64,000 nucleotides of DNA from Raja brachyura (Eukaryota): the NCBI GenBank assembly GCA_963514005.1, contig OY740782.1:21204001-21268000 (forward strand), written 5' to 3'. Positions 25,370 through 39,329 of this stretch are shown here, piece after piece. Made by a program: the position numbers and the translations under genes. The notes under the pieces are model-generated. The model had not been told where the DNA came from, did no database searches, and saw only the letters and a list, made by a program, of their open reading frames with translations. The number at the start of each line of letters is the position of its first letter. The stretch's first letter is position 1.

Positions 25370-26070
25370 CTTCATCAGGAGATTGATAAAGGTAGGATAG
25401 TGGATGTTGCATACATGAATTTCAGTAAGGCATTTGATAAGATCCTTGGTGGCAGGCACATCTGGAAGATTAAGTTGTATGGGATTCACAATGACTTAGT
25501 TATATGGATTAGGGACTGACTTATTCATAGAAGACAGAGGGTGGTGGTGGTGGAGGTTTTATTCTAGCTGGAGACTCTGACCAGTGGCATTTCGCAGGGA
25601 TCTTTACTTGGACCTCAGCTGTTTGTAATGTACATAAATGACCCAGATGTGAATGTAGATGGATTGGTGAATAAGTTTGTTTATGACACCAACATTGGGG
25701 GAGTTGCAAACAGTGTGGAAGGCTGTCAGAAGATACAGCAAGATATAAATCAGCTGCAGAAATGGGCATAGTAATGACATTTGGAGATTAACCTGTGCAG
25801 GTGTGAGGTGTTGCACTTTGGGAAGTTGAATGTAAGGCGAGAGAATACAGTTAATGGCAGGACCCTTAACAGCACTGATATGCAGAGGGATCTTGGAGTC
25901 CAAGTTCTTAGATCACGAGAGGGGCAGCAACAAGTCGATAGGGAAGTGCAGGGAATAGAGGGATTGAGTCATGTGGATACAGATGAGATCCATTCAGCTA
26001 GGCATCATGTTCGGCACAAACATTGTGGCCAATGGGCCTGTTCCTATGCTGTACTGCTCTGTGTTCTATG
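25370..26070 (+). mobile_element. Degenerate CR1 RT fragment
   Basis: MEINLCRCEVLHFGK...QRDLGVQV and CR1 tail; even older minus-strand CR1 remnants lie at ~23900-25350. Confidence 0.75.
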
Positions 26071-27319
26071 TCCAACTCTATTTTTGTGGTGTGTGCTGTG
26101 CCCAATATAATAACTATTATTTGGTAACATAAATAACTTCCACCAATGTTTTCTTCATTCTGTTATTTCTTAGCTCCACCCAAAAGGTACATCTAATTAT
26201 ACATAACAAAAGAATGCTGGAAATACACAACAAAATACCCTTCCATGGGGAAGGGAAACAGAGGCAACTGTATTTGTTAGAGTTTTTTTCAGTTTTCCAG
26301 GGCCTCTGACCTGACACATTAACCCTGTTTCTCTTCCCACAGATGCAGCCAGATCTGCTGAGTATTTCCAACACTCTCTGTTTTACTTTTAGATTTCAAC
26401 CATCTAATTATACAGCATGATCTGTACAGCCAAGATCATTTATCACCATGGAGACATAAAAGAGTGCTGTTAATTGAGCAAAATCTTGAGCAAAACACTA
26501 AGTGCTGGAGGAACTCAGAGGGTCAGGCAGCATCTGGGGAGGGAATAGACAGGTGACGTTCTGGGTCAGGACCTTTCTTCAGATCTACCTGCAACATCGC
26601 CAGTCCGTGCTGCCTGACCCATTGAGTTCCTCATGCACTTTTTATTTTGCTCATTTAGCAGCATAGCATTTATCTATTTTCTCATTAATCGTGCTACCCC
26701 CACCTTCTTTTTCCTTTCTGTCTGTTTTTCCTAAATATTGAGTATCCATGAACATTCAGCTCCCTATTAGGATAATGGTGCAGCCATGACTCAGTATTGA
26801 GAATTGGACCATATATTTTTCATTTTATATCAATATCCATCAATATCAATATCAATCAGTTTTATTCATCGGTTCATCAGTTATATGTTGCCAATTCATC
26901 TACTTTGTAACAAATACGGCATATTGCACCTTTAATGTTGCACTTCAACATCTTTCTGTGCCTTAACCTCAATTATCACTCAAATGTTATTTATTTTGCC
27001 TATTTGCTTACTATTTTTCTAACTTCCATTTCCTGCGTTGCTTCTCTTCCTGAATTCTACCCAAAGGTTCCTGTCCACCACCAAGCTGCTTTAAACCTTC
27101 TACAATATTCTTGGTTACCTCCTTTCCCATTTGTACCAGTGCTTGTGAGTGAGATAGACTCAGCAACTCATAGATTACCTGATCCTTGTGATCTGTCTAA
27201 TGTTCACACAATCCCTCTCCAGCTACACAGTCTTAGCCTGCAGTGTGACAATCTTTCTAAGCTTGTTGTCCACAAAGTCCTCAGCCTCGCAAATTGATCC
27301 CAGTGGCTTCAACCATCGT

Positions 27320-28089
27320 GCGAGGGGGGAGCGGGGGTAGGGGGGAACCGCTTTCGGCCTAACAGCATGGATTGGAGCGACCTTTCCCGGAGTCAGGCCT
27401 GGAGTTTCAACAGCAGGCGCAGCGTGGACTTTTCATCACAGAGCGGGCGAGCCCTTGCCGGGGGTCGGCAGAAGGGAGTGCTCCGATCGCTGACCCATGG
27501 ACTGTTACATCCTGAAACCTCAGTCTGCAGAGCTTTTAGCCACGGGCGTGGAGTCTGAAGCTTAGGATCCCTTGCCGGGGATACCCGGAGAAGTGCTTTG
27601 ACCGCCGGACCGCGGCCTATAACATCCTGAAGCCGCGATCTGCGGAGCTTCTAGTCGCGGGTGTGGCAGGGACTTACCATCCGGAGCCTGGGATCCCTTG
27701 CCGGGGATAGCCAAAGAAGATCTCCGCCCACCGGCCTGCGGCCTGAACCGCCCAACATCCTGAAGCCGCGGTCCCCGGTAAGAAAGTGTCGATTCAGGAT
27801 CACCAAGCTGCAGGGTGTGTTCGACCGTCCCGACAGAGATGGCCTGTACATCCGGGCATCCGTAGCGGCGACTGCGGAGGGTTTATGGTTTATGGCCCCG
27901 ACCATGGGTGAGGGCTGACTGAACTTTGTGCCTTCCACCACAGTGAAGAATGCTGTGGTGGATGTTTGTGTTAAATCTTATTGTGTATTGTGTGTTCTTT
28001 TTTGATTGTACCGCTGCTGGCAAATTCATTTCACTGCACCTTCGGGTGTATGTGACGAATAAAATTGACTATTGACTATTGACTATTGA
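27320..28089 (+). mobile_element. Unclassified GC-rich non-coding retroposon with internal tandem repeats
   Basis: Repeated ggatcccttgccgggga...acatcctgaagccgcg units; 3' AATAAA followed by a (ctattga)n tail; 3' region similar to 30490-31279 (minus). Confidence 0.6.
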
Positions 28090-28559
28090 GCTTCACAGCT
28101 CAGCCCTCAAGCTGCTGCAGTTGGAGACAGTTCCTGCACATGCAGTTGTCCAGGAAACTGGAAGCATCCATAATTTAATGCATATTCGTCTCGACTGAGC
28201 AGGCCTGCCAGCCCTCAACGTTGCAGCGAATAAAACAGAAATTAGGAAATAAATAATTATATAAATAAATGTAATCCAATTCTCTCTCATTAATCTAAAC
28301 TTTGCACATTTCTTTTTATAAAGTTTCCTATTTTGTTCATTAATTTATGGCTTCAGCAAGGAAAGGGCTTGATGAATTGTATCCCAAGCGGCTATAGGAA
28401 GAAATAGAGAAGATCTTTGGGGCACAGACATACATATTTAAATCTTTGCTAGTCACAGATGAGGTGCCCAGATGGCTGGAGGCAGCAAATGTGGTATTTT
28501 GTTCAAGAGTAGTAGAGAAAAGCCTGGGAACTACTGACTTGTGAGTCCAACATCAGTAA

Positions 28560-29945
28560 TAGCCTGACTTTGATGGCGGGAAAGATGCTGGAGTCAATTA
28601 TTAAAGAGGTAATAATGGAGCATTTGGATAGCAGTAAAAAGATTAGTCCAAGTCAACATGGATTTATGAAAGAGAAATCATGCTTGACTAATCTTCTGAA
28701 ATTTTTTGAGGATGTGACAAGTAAAATGCATGAAGGGGTGTCAGTGGATGTAGTGTATCTAGACTTTCAGAAAACGTTTGATAAGGTCCCGCACGGGAGA
28801 CTGGTGACTAAAATTAGAGCACATGGTATTGGGGGTAGGGTGTTGACATGGATGGAAAATTGGTTGGCAGACCGAAAGCAAAGAGTGGGAGTGAACGGAT
28901 CCTTTTCAGAATGGCAGGCAGTGGCGAGTGGAGTGCCGCAAGGCTCGGTGTTGGGGCCGCAACTGTTTACCATATATATTAATGATTTGGAAGAGGGAAT
29001 TAGGAGTAACACTAGCAAGTTTGCGGATGACACAAAGCTGGGTGGCAGTGTGAACTGTGAAGAGGATGTTGGCAGGTTGCAGGGGGACCTGGACAGGTTT
29101 AGTGAGTGGGCAGATCCGTGGCAGATGCAGTATAATATAGATAAATGTGAGGTTATCCACTTTGGCGGCAAAAACAAGATTATTATCTCAATGGGGTTAG
29201 GTTAGGTAATGGGGAGGTACAGCGACACCTGGGTGTCCTTGTACATCAGTCACTGAAAGTTGGCGTGCAGGTACAGCCAGCAGTGAAGAAAGCTAATGGA
29301 ATGTTCGCCTTCATAACAAGAGGATTTCAGTATAGGAGTAAAGAGGTTCTTCTGCAGTTGTATAGGGCTCTGGTGAGACCACATCTGGAGTATAGCGTAC
29401 AGTTTTGGTCTCCTAATTTGAGGAAGGACGTCCTTGTGATTGAGGCAGTGCTGCATAGATTCACGAGATTGATCCCTGGGATGGCGGGAATGTCATATGA
29501 GGAAAGATTGAAAAGACTAGGCTTGTATTCACTGGAGTTTAGAATGATGAAGAGGGATCTTATAGAAACATATAAAATTATAATAGGACTGGACAAGCTA
29601 GATGCAGGAAAAATGTTCCCAATGTTGGGTGATTCCAGAACCAGGGGCCACAGTCTTAGAATAAAGGGGAGGTAATTTAGGTGAGAAAAAACTTTTTTAC
29701 CCAGAGAGTTGTGAATTTATGGAATTCCCTGCCACAGAGGGCAGTGGAGGCAAAATCACTGGATGGGTTTAAGAGAGAGTTGGATAGAGCTCTAGGGGCT
29801 AGTGGAGTCAAGGGATATAGGGAGAAGGCAGGCACTGGTTATAGATAGTGGACGATCAGCCATGATCAAAATGAATGGCGGTGCTGGCTCGAAGGGCCGA
29901 ATGGCCTCCTCCTGCACCTATTTTCTGTCTATGTTTCTATGTTTC
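28560..29945 (+). mobile_element. Young CR1 LINE, 5'-truncated (RT domain to 3' tail)
   Basis: ORF 28570-29205 QHGFMKEKSCLTNLL..VVYLDFQKTFDKVPH..SGVPQGSVLGP..KFADDTKL; ORF 29265-29675; tail (ctatgttt)n. Confidence 0.97.
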
Positions 29946-30489
29946 CAAAAGGGAAGATGTTGGAAAAAAATCAGAGGGATAAGATTAATCTATACTTGGA
30001 AGGAAGCAGTTTAATAAGATGGTTGGCATGGTTTTGTCTGGGGGAGATCCTGTCTGACCAATTGATTAAATTGTACGAAAAGGTAACAAAATATATTGTT
30101 TAGGGTGATGACTTGGATCCCATGGGTTAGAGCCCATGGGATCCAAGGCAAGATGACAAATTGGAGCCAAAATCTGCTTGGAAACAGAAAAGATGATGGT
30201 GGAGAGGTTGTTTTTGCCATTGGAACCCTGTGGCCAGCAGGGCCCTTCAGGAATCAGAGCTAGGACTCTTCCTATTTTTTTTTTAACATACATTAGCAAT
30301 TTTTATTATAAATGAATTAGTAATTTTCACATTACCTTAAAACCAGTGGTATTGTTGCCAGTGAAGAGGATAACTGAGGGGCACAGAAATAAATTGAGCA
30401 GTTGTGAAGATGGGTAGAGCAATGGCAGATGGAAATGAATCCTGAAAAGTGTGAGGAAATTAATTTTGGGAGGCCTGAAAAGGATAGAA

Positions 30490-31279
30490 TTTGGAATTTA
30501 GAATGCCTTTTATTGTCATTCAAACAAAAGTTTGAACGAAATTTTGTTCCCTGCAGTCATAACAACAACAAAAAAAACACACAATTAGCACAGTTTCACA
30601 CAAACATCCTTCACAGTGAATCTCCAACACCTCCTCACTGTGATGGAAGGCAAAAGTCTTATCTCTTCCCTGTTCTTCTCCCGCAGTCAGGCAGTCAAAC
30701 TGCTGTGTCGAGGTGATCGAGGCTCTTGATCTTAAAGCCCACGGCGGGCGATGGTAAGTCCCGTAGCCGATTAAGCCGCGTGGGGCAATGAAGAGCCCTG
30801 CGACGGGCACATTCAAACCCCGCGATTCAGGGCGGGTGAAGTTGCTGTTGCGGAAGCTCTCGAATATCGTTCTCCTATCAAGGACCTGCGAGCTCCTGAT
30901 GTTAACGTACACAGGGCCTGCTGCCGAAGCCTCCGAAGCTCCGAAGTCGGTTCGCAGCCACAGCGCCACCACAGCCTCCGAAGTCAGCCAGCTCCGTGAT
31001 GGTAAGTCCACAGGCTCTGTGACCGGAGCCATCAGATCGATTCCAGTTGGAGGCCGCCAGCTCCACGATGTTAGGCCCCACCGAAACGGAGACACGACAG
31101 GAAAAGGTTGCGTCCTCATTCAAGGAAGAGATTTTTTTTAATTCCCCCACCCCCCACATTTACACAACTAAAAATAAACCAAAAAAAACCCCTAACAAGA
31201 CAAAAAAAAAGACAAAAAGAAAAAAGACAAACGGACTTCAGGCGAGCTGCAGCTGCTTAGGCAGCGCCGCCACTTCCGG
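30490..31279 (-). mobile_element. Unclassified GC-rich retroposon inserted in an old CR1 (host ~29950-32165, + strand)
   Basis: Minus strand begins CCGGAAGTGGCGGCGCTG and ends AATAAAAGGCATTCTAAATTCC; shares CCTTCCA(C/T)CACAGTGA..GGATGTTTGTGT with 27930-27970. Confidence 0.6.
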
Positions 31280-32324
31280 ATTTGTACATAAAATGGTAGG
31301 ACACAAGAAAGTACAGAAGAATAGAGTGACCTTGGTATACAAGTCCAGTGACCCCTAAAGGAGGCTGAGCAAATGGATAAGTTAAGGATGAAGGAGGCAT
31401 TTGGGATACTTGTTTTCATTAGGTTGGTCATCGAATATAGCAGCAGGGAGGTAATGTCATAGCTTTATAAAATATTAGTTAGGCCACAGCTGCAGAAAGT
31501 GTGTATAATTCCGGGTGTCACACTATAGGAAGGACATGATTGCATTGGTGACAATGCAGAGGAGATTTACCAGGATGTTGCCTGGAAAGGTGATTCTCGG
31601 TTGTGAAGCGATACTGAATGAAGTCATAAAGTTATGGTCATGCAGCATGAAAACAGGCCATTTGGCCCAGCAAGACTATGCACCCATTCATGATAATCCA
31701 TCTTCCAGGCACATACCCATCTATGCATTGGCAATTCAAGAACTCATCTTGACAACTCTCAAATACTGTTAGCGACTCTACCCCAGCAAACTCTTTGGCA
31801 TTGGTGGAAGTAGACTCTCGACACTGGGTGAAGAAGGTCTGCCTCATATCCTCTCCAAATCCATTAGCCCTTACCTTAAATCTGTGCCTTCTAGTTTCAT
31901 TTACCCCTGATAAATTTATAAGAGAAGTGTGGAGCATATTTATTTTAAGAAAGAAATGCAGATGCTGGAAACATGAGTGCCTGGAATGCACTGTCATGGG
32001 TGGTGATGGAGGCAGATAAAACCTTTCAGATAGGCACATGGATATGCTAGGAATGGAATAGATCATGTGAAGCCGATCACATTAGTTTATTTTGGCATTA
32101 TGTTCGGCACAGACATTGTGGTCCAAAGGGCCTGGTCCTGTGCCATACTTTTCTATGTTGTACGTTCTCTTTTCTAAATGCTTTCAAAGGGGATTAGTGT
32201 ATATATGATGCCCGTTTTTTGTGCTCGTTGACTCCAGACTCAATGACTTTATGACAAAGAACATAGAGACAATCATGGGATTAATATATTCCCTTTTTCT
32301 AAATGTTGCAATTTTATAGAAGTG

Positions 32325-35300
32325 ATGAGCAATTGGATTCCTCCGTCAATGCCGCATCTGCTCCCAGGATGAGGTGTTCAAACCAGGGCATCGGAGATGT
32401 CATCATTATTTTTTTTTTTGTAAAATATTTTTTATTAGAAGTAAATACATATTAAGACGAATCAAAATGTGAAAAAAAAGAAAAATAATATATTATTCAT
32501 CACATACATTCTTAATATGTTTAAAGTTTACAATCATTCTTGTTTGTACTTCTATACTTTTTATTATTTTTAATACAGAAAGAAAGTGATAGGGAGAAAT
32601 AATAGAGAAAAATAAAATAAGAATAAAAATAGAAAATCAATAATGTGAGTGGAGTATTAAACAATCTATACTTCATTGGAGATATATCAGTGGTCTATTG
32701 TATATAATTCTTCATCTATTCCTTCGTTCAGGTTTCAGTCAGGCCCTCGAACCGAGCCAATTTGTCACTTTAAATAATCAATAAATGGAGACCATGTTCC
32801 TCTAAACTGGTCTAGCCTGTCTGAGAGGACAAGTCTTAATCTTTCCAAATGAAGTGTCTCCGACATTTCTGTGATCCACATTTTGATAGTGGGGGAGGTA
32901 GGACCTTTCCAAAATCTTACTATTAATTTTTTACCAATTATTAAACTATAACCAATAAAAATTCTTTGTTTTATTGTTAGTGATTGATCAGTTTCTAATA
33001 TACCTAATATGATTAATTTTGGATCTGGAGTCAAATTTGTATTAACTACCTTTGAAATTATCTTAAAAATTTCTGACCAAAAATTAGTAATTTTTATACA
33101 TTTAGTAAATGAGTGCGTTAGATTAGCTTCTAAGTGTTGATATTTATCACATATAGCAGAAACATTTGAGAAAATACTGTTTGAAAATTTGGATTTTGAG
33201 AAATGTAATCTATGTAAAACTTTAAATTGTATCAAAGAGTGTCTGGCATTTAATGAACAGTGGTGTATATGTTGTAAACTTTCCTCCCATACTTCTAAAC
33301 TGATTGTCCTAATTCGCTTTCCCATGCTTGCCTATATATTTCCAACGTTGGTGCATCATCTTCCAATAAAATATTATAAATATATGATATTAATTTTTCT
33401 GTGTTCGGGTGTTTATTTAAACATTCATCTAGAATTTCTGTCTTTCTATTTCTAAGATCTTGTGTATTTGATTTAACATAGTCTCTAATTTGTAAATATC
33501 TAAAATATTCTTTTGAGTGTAGTCCATACTTTTGTTGTAGTTCTTGAAATGAAAGAAAAAGATTTTCCCTGTAGAGATCCCGTATCTTATTAATTCCATA
33601 ATTTTTCCATTGTGAAAAACCTTTATCCATCCTTGAGGGTTTAAAAGTAATATTGTTTGCAATGGGAAGGGCCAGTGGTATACATTCCAATTTTAGTGAT
33701 TTCTTTAATTGTTTCCAAATACGTATCCCACTTTCTATTATTGGGTTTCCTCTATAAGTTTTTTAATGTAGTTTGGTATTAGCAAATAGAATCGAGCTAA
33801 TTTCAAAAGGTAAACAATCTTCCTTTTCCATTTTTAACCAATTCGGTTGTTTATCTAATTCTTCCAACCAAAAATTCATATTTTTAATATTAACTGCCCA
33901 GTAGTAGAACATAAAATTAGGCAGCGCTAAACCTCCACATATTTTTGCTTTGCATAGATGTTTTTTATTTATTCTATGGCTCTTATAATCCCAAATGAAA
34001 TTTGTGATTATAGAATCCACCTTCTTAAAGAATTTTTTGGGAAGATATATCGGGATCATTTGAAATAGATATAATAATTGCGGAAGAAAAATCATTTTTA
34101 TCGCGTTTATTTTACCTAACATTGAGATAGGTAGTGTTTTCCAATATAGGATAATCTTAAGTAGTTTATTCAGTAGGGGTGGGAAATTAGATTTAAATAA
34201 AGAGTCATATCTTTCTGTTACTTAAATTCCAAGATATTTGATTTTTTCATTTGCTATTGTAAAAGGGAATTGTTGTAATATGTATAAGTTATTTCCCGTT
34301 ATTGACATGTTCACTTTTATTCCAATTAATTCTATATCCTGAAAACAAACCAAATTGAGTTATTAAATCTAGCAGGTTAGGAATACTAGTTTCAGGCTTT
34401 GTAATATAAAGTAATACATCGTCTGCGTATAGAGAAATTTTATTTTCAGTTTCTTTGGTTTCATACCCGTATATTTCAGGGTGTAATCTCACGCGCTGTG
34501 CTAATGGTTCTATTGCCAGCGCAAAGAGTAGTGGTGATAGTGGACAACCTTGTCTACAGCCTCTGAATAAATTAAATTTGGTTGATAACATTTGGTTTGT
34601 TAGTATTCTAGCTGTCTGATTGGTATATAGTAATTTAACCCACGTTATAAACTTCTCTCCCAGCTGGAAAGTTTCCATAACCGAAAATAAGTAAGACCAT
34701 TCAGCCTGGTCAAAAGCTTTCTCTGCATCTAATGAGATAATTGCTAGGTCTTTGCTAGTATTTCTTTTCGAGTATATAATATTGAATAATCGTCTCAGGT
34801 TATATGAAGAGTATCGTTTTGGTATAAATCCTGTTTGGTCTGGATGCACTACTTTATTAATCACCATATTTAGTCTTTGTGCTAATATTTTAGTTAATAT
34901 TTTTTGATCAGTGTTTAAAAGAGCTATAGCTCTATACGATCCTGGGTCCCCCAGATCTTTATCTAATTTAGGTATAAGTGTTATAATAGATTCATTTAAT
35001 GTTTCCGGTAATTTCTGTTGTGTATAAATATGTTCATAAAGTGTCTTCAAACGTGGTACCATCAGATCATAAAATGTTTTATAAAATTCCGAACCGATAC
35101 CATCCGGTCCTGGTGCTTTACCATTTTTTAATGACCTAATAGATTCTTCGATTTCTTTAGTGGTTATTTCAGCGTTTAGTGATCCTCTGTCTACTAAAAC
35201 TAATCCCATTAAATTACAATTTTTAAAAAATGTTTCTATTCCTATCTGATTTTCTGTCGTTTTGGCTGAATATAAATTTTTATAATATTGCAAAAATCTC

Positions 35301-37665
35301 TCATTAATATCTTTGGTTTGTATTAGTAATTCGCCTTTATCTGATTTAACCCTATGGATTATTTTTTCTCCCTCCAATTTTCGTAATTAACGAGCCAATA
35401 ATTTTTGTGGTTTATCTCCAAATTCAAATTGTATTTGTTTAGTATATTGATAGTTTTACAACTTGGTCTGACTGTATTTTATTTAATTTATATTTCAATG
35501 CAGAAATTTTATTATGTTTAATCATGGTTGGGTTAGCAGCGTTTTCTATATCTAGTTGTTTAATCTCCTTTTCCAATGCCTGCTGTTCCCTCCGATTCTC
35601 TTTGTTTTAGAATGCTTGAGAGGATATCATAATTCCACGTGTATATGCTTTAAAAGTTTCCCATAGTAGTGACGAAGGTATTTCTGGTTTGTCATTTATT
35701 TCAAAGGAAATCTTAATCTGTTTTGTAATATATTCTTGAGTTGTTTTGTCCTTTAAAATTTGTGGATTGTCTCCATTGTCCCTGTTTTTCCATTTTCCAG
35801 TTATTTTAATCATGAAGGATAACGGTGCATGATCTGAAATTATAATATTGTGATATTTTGAATTATAGGTGAGTGGGATAAGTTTTGAGTCTACCAGAAA
35901 GTAGTCTATTCTTGAATAGGTTTTATGTACCGATGAGTCAAACGAGTATTCTCGTCCAGTTGGGTTTTCCAATCTCCAAACATCCATAATGTTACTAGTA
36001 TCTATATATGCATTTATTAGATCGCTGGAATGCGATTTAGTTTTCCGTTGTCTTGATGATCTGTCTAAGTAGCGATCTAGTGTGCAATTTAGATCTCCTC
36101 CAATTATTAGATTGTGTTGTGGTAATTCTGGGATAGTATTTAGTATTTTCTTAAAAAACGATGGGCTGTCAAAATTTGGGCCGTAAATATTAACAAAAAT
36201 CATTTTTTGTGTATATAATTCTCCTGTTATAATGATATATCTACCCTCCTTATTGGTTATAGTTGAGGTGTGTTTAAATGAAGTACCTTTACGGATTAAT
36301 ATTGCTACCCCTCTTGATTTATGTGTAAAAGAAGAGTGAGACGCTTTGTCAATCCATTTAGCTTTTAATCTATGCTCTGCATCTTTTTTTAAATGTGTTT
36401 CTTGGATGAATGCCATGTCTACTTTAAGTGCTTTTAGGTGTGCTAATACTTTACCTCTCTTAATTGGTTCGTTAATCCCTTTAACATTCCAGCTACAAAA
36501 CGTTATTCCTCCATTCCCCATATTCGTTTTTAAGTCTTGCATCTTTTGTCTAAGGGGGTCTGTAATAGAGCAAATGGTTCAGCTCGACGTACCCGACCTT
36601 ACACCCAAACTCCGAGTAGATGAATTTCAAGACCCTTAAATGACACTCACGTATACATCTCCATTGCATTAATTTATAACTCCATTCAAATATAAAGTAA
36701 TAATAACAGAAAATAATATAAAAAAAAGAATAGATTAAGAGAAGATGTCATCATTCTTTAGGGAACGGGGGTTCCCCTCTTCGACTATAAATGAGGCTCT
36801 CACCAGGGTCTCCTCTACATCCCGTAGTTCCGCTCTCACTCCCCATCCCCCCACTCGTAACAAGGACAGAGTCCCCCTTGTCCTCACCTTCCACCCCACC
36901 AGCCATCACATACAACAGATAATCCTCTGACATTTTCACCACCTCCAACGGGATCCCACCACTGGCCACATCTTCCCATCTCTTCCCCTTTCGGCTTTCC
37001 GCAGAGACCACTCCCACCGGAACTCCCTGGTCAATTTGTCCCTTCCCACCCAAACCACCCCCTACCCTGGTACTTTCCCTTGCAAATGCAGGAAATGCTA
37101 CACTTGTCACTTTACCTCCTTCCTTGACTCCATCCAAGGACCCAAGCAGGCTTTCCAGGTGAGGCAGAGGTTCACCTGCACCTCCTCCAACCTAGGTGTC
37201 AGCTGCTCTACATCGGTGAGACCAAGCGTAGGCTTGGAGATCGCTTTGCCCAACACCTCTGCTCCGTTCGCACTAACCAACCTGATCTACCGTTGGCCCA
37301 ACACTTCAACTCCCCCCATTCCGAATCCAACCTTTCTGCCCTGGGCCTCCTCCATGGCCATAGTAAGTCCCACCACAAATTGGAGGAGCAGCACCTTATA
37401 TTTCACTTCGGGAGTTAACACCCCAGCGGTATGAACATTGACATCCAATTTCAGGTAGTCCTTGCTTTATCCCTCCTTCCCTTCCCAGCTCTCCCACAGC
37501 CTATTGTCTCTGCCTCTTCTTTCTTCTTCCTGCCACCCCCCCACCACCTCTCGACCCGAAACATCACCAATTCCTTTGCTTCATAGATGTTGCCTCACCC
37601 ACTGAGTTTCTCCAGCATTTATGTCTACATTCAATTTTTCCAGCATCTGCAGTTCTTTCTTAAGC
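32325..37665 (+). mobile_element. Penelope-like element fragment split by an L1 insertion (PLE parts 32325-32407 and 36743-37665)
   Basis: MSSFFRERGFPSSTINEAL...PLVLTFHPT; GTFPCKCRKCYTC...FTCTSSN; pLTR at ~37550-37665. Confidence 0.9.
32408..36742 (-). mobile_element. L1-clade LINE, 5'-truncated, near-complete but frameshifted ORF2 (APE endonuclease + RT)
   Basis: SWNVKGIN..FIQETH..GGDLN..YSRIDYF..SDHAP (35607-36542); KAPGPDG..SLDAEKAFD..RQGCPLSPLLF..LYADD (34289-35377); C-terminal ORFs to 32765; poly(A) tail at 32409-32419; 13-bp TSD AGATGTCATCATT at 32395-32407 and 36743-36755. Confidence 0.96.
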
Positions 37666-37759
37666 AATAGGATATAATCAATTATTTCAAATGTGTGTGA
37701 GAGGCCAGGGAAACCAATAGAGAAAATGTGTTGTGATGCTTATTACAAGAATACTTTTG

Positions 37760-38127
37760 CTCAGATTCAGATTCAATCGTTATCGTCATTGTGCAGTGTA
37801 CAGTACAGAGACAACTAAATGCAGTTAGCATCTCACCCAGAACAGCGAACTTAGAATAATGGAACAGCAAATATATATATATATATATATGTACATACAG
37901 TAGTAGTAGTGCAATTTTTCTGGGGGAAGGAGTGTCCGGGGTGGGGGTGACTTGCAGGCACCAAGGTGCAGAGTTAAGCTGTGGAACAGCCGCAGGGAAG
38001 AAGATGTTCCTGAACCTGCTGGTCCGGCAACGGAGAGACCTGTAGCGCTTCCCGGATGGGAGGAGGGTAAACAGCCTGTGGGCTGGGGTGAGAGCAGTCC
38101 TTGACGATGCTGCGCGCCCTTCGCAGG
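37760..38127 (-). mobile_element. Rex1/Babar LINE 3' end
   Basis: HRLFTLLPSGKRYRSLRCRTSRFRNIFFPAAV; (gaatct)n tail. Confidence 0.88.
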
Positions 38128-39329
38128 GATGATTTACTGCCGAAAAGTGCCAAGCTAAGCGTGCACCCATTTGAACATAGATACAGAAGTGATGCTCACA
38201 TGGCAGGGAGACTTTATAGTCAGGACAGGAAAGGAAAGATAGAAATCAAATGTTATGTGGAAGACAAGAGAATTGTTTTGTGCTTTTGAGGAAAGAATTA
38301 ACTCTGATTTTGAAGACTTGCAAAAGCAAAATGAGATTGGCATAGGAAGCTGGAAAAGATAGTTCTGTGGTGAGAAGTCGATTGGGAAGAATTTGAGAAA
38401 GTAGCAGTGGCACAAAGGTGAGTCTGAGGAAGCGGAGTAGATAATGACACAAAGAGTCATGGGCGCTGGGGTCTGGACACAAGAGAAGGGGAGGATGCAG
38501 CAGGTGCAATTACATGGCTAAACTCAATCTTGACAACTATAAATGGCAAACGTTCCTTTTCCTCAAGAGGTAAATGCAGGGTAAAGTCCAGTCAATGAGG
38601 GCCATCAGAGATTGATAGTTGGCTTGGAGGGGCGAACCTTTAAAAAACATTGAAAACAAAGGAGAATTTGTTCTCCCAAAGTTGATGAAAGCATTATTGT
38701 TGGAGGAAGGCAGCAATATTTGGATTGTAAGAGGAATGAAGAAATTATTCAGGGTATTTGGCAGACTAGATAATGTTTGCCACATTGACTTTTCACTCAC
38801 CAAGGCACCCGTTCCAATGCTCCCGCTCCATTCACGGAGGCCCAACTCCCAAACTTCCTTCCACTCCCAGAGGTCCTGTTGCTGTACTCATTTTCAATAT
38901 ACTTGGTTCACTGGAAAACCTATTATTGTTATATGTAACATCTTTAAAAAAAAGTGATTTAAAATAGATGTTAAGGTATGAACAGAGATAACATTCATTA
39001 AGTGGAAAATCTGCTAGCTCGGCCTCACCAACGTCCCAACCATGTTTAGGAGACCACTGGGTAAGGAGGAACTTGTTGCAAACTACAGGCAAGTAGTTTT
39101 GTGCAATCATGTCAGTACAATCATACAATAAGATCAAGATCATGAAGAAAACAGATAAAATGGGAGCAGTTGCTGACTGGTGGCACATTCCAGTACACAG
39201 TGAAGAAAGAGAGATTAGATAAGCAAGAGATTAGAAAATAATATTGGACCATCCTTTGGCACCACCGTAAACTGTGATATAAACATTAAAGAGAAAAGAT
39301 TGGTCAGGTAGTGTATCCGAAGACATCAT

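Noticed and set aside
30520-31141. 199-aa and 117-aa ORFs
   Set aside because: They lie within a GC-rich repeat, are open on both strands and have no domain signature.
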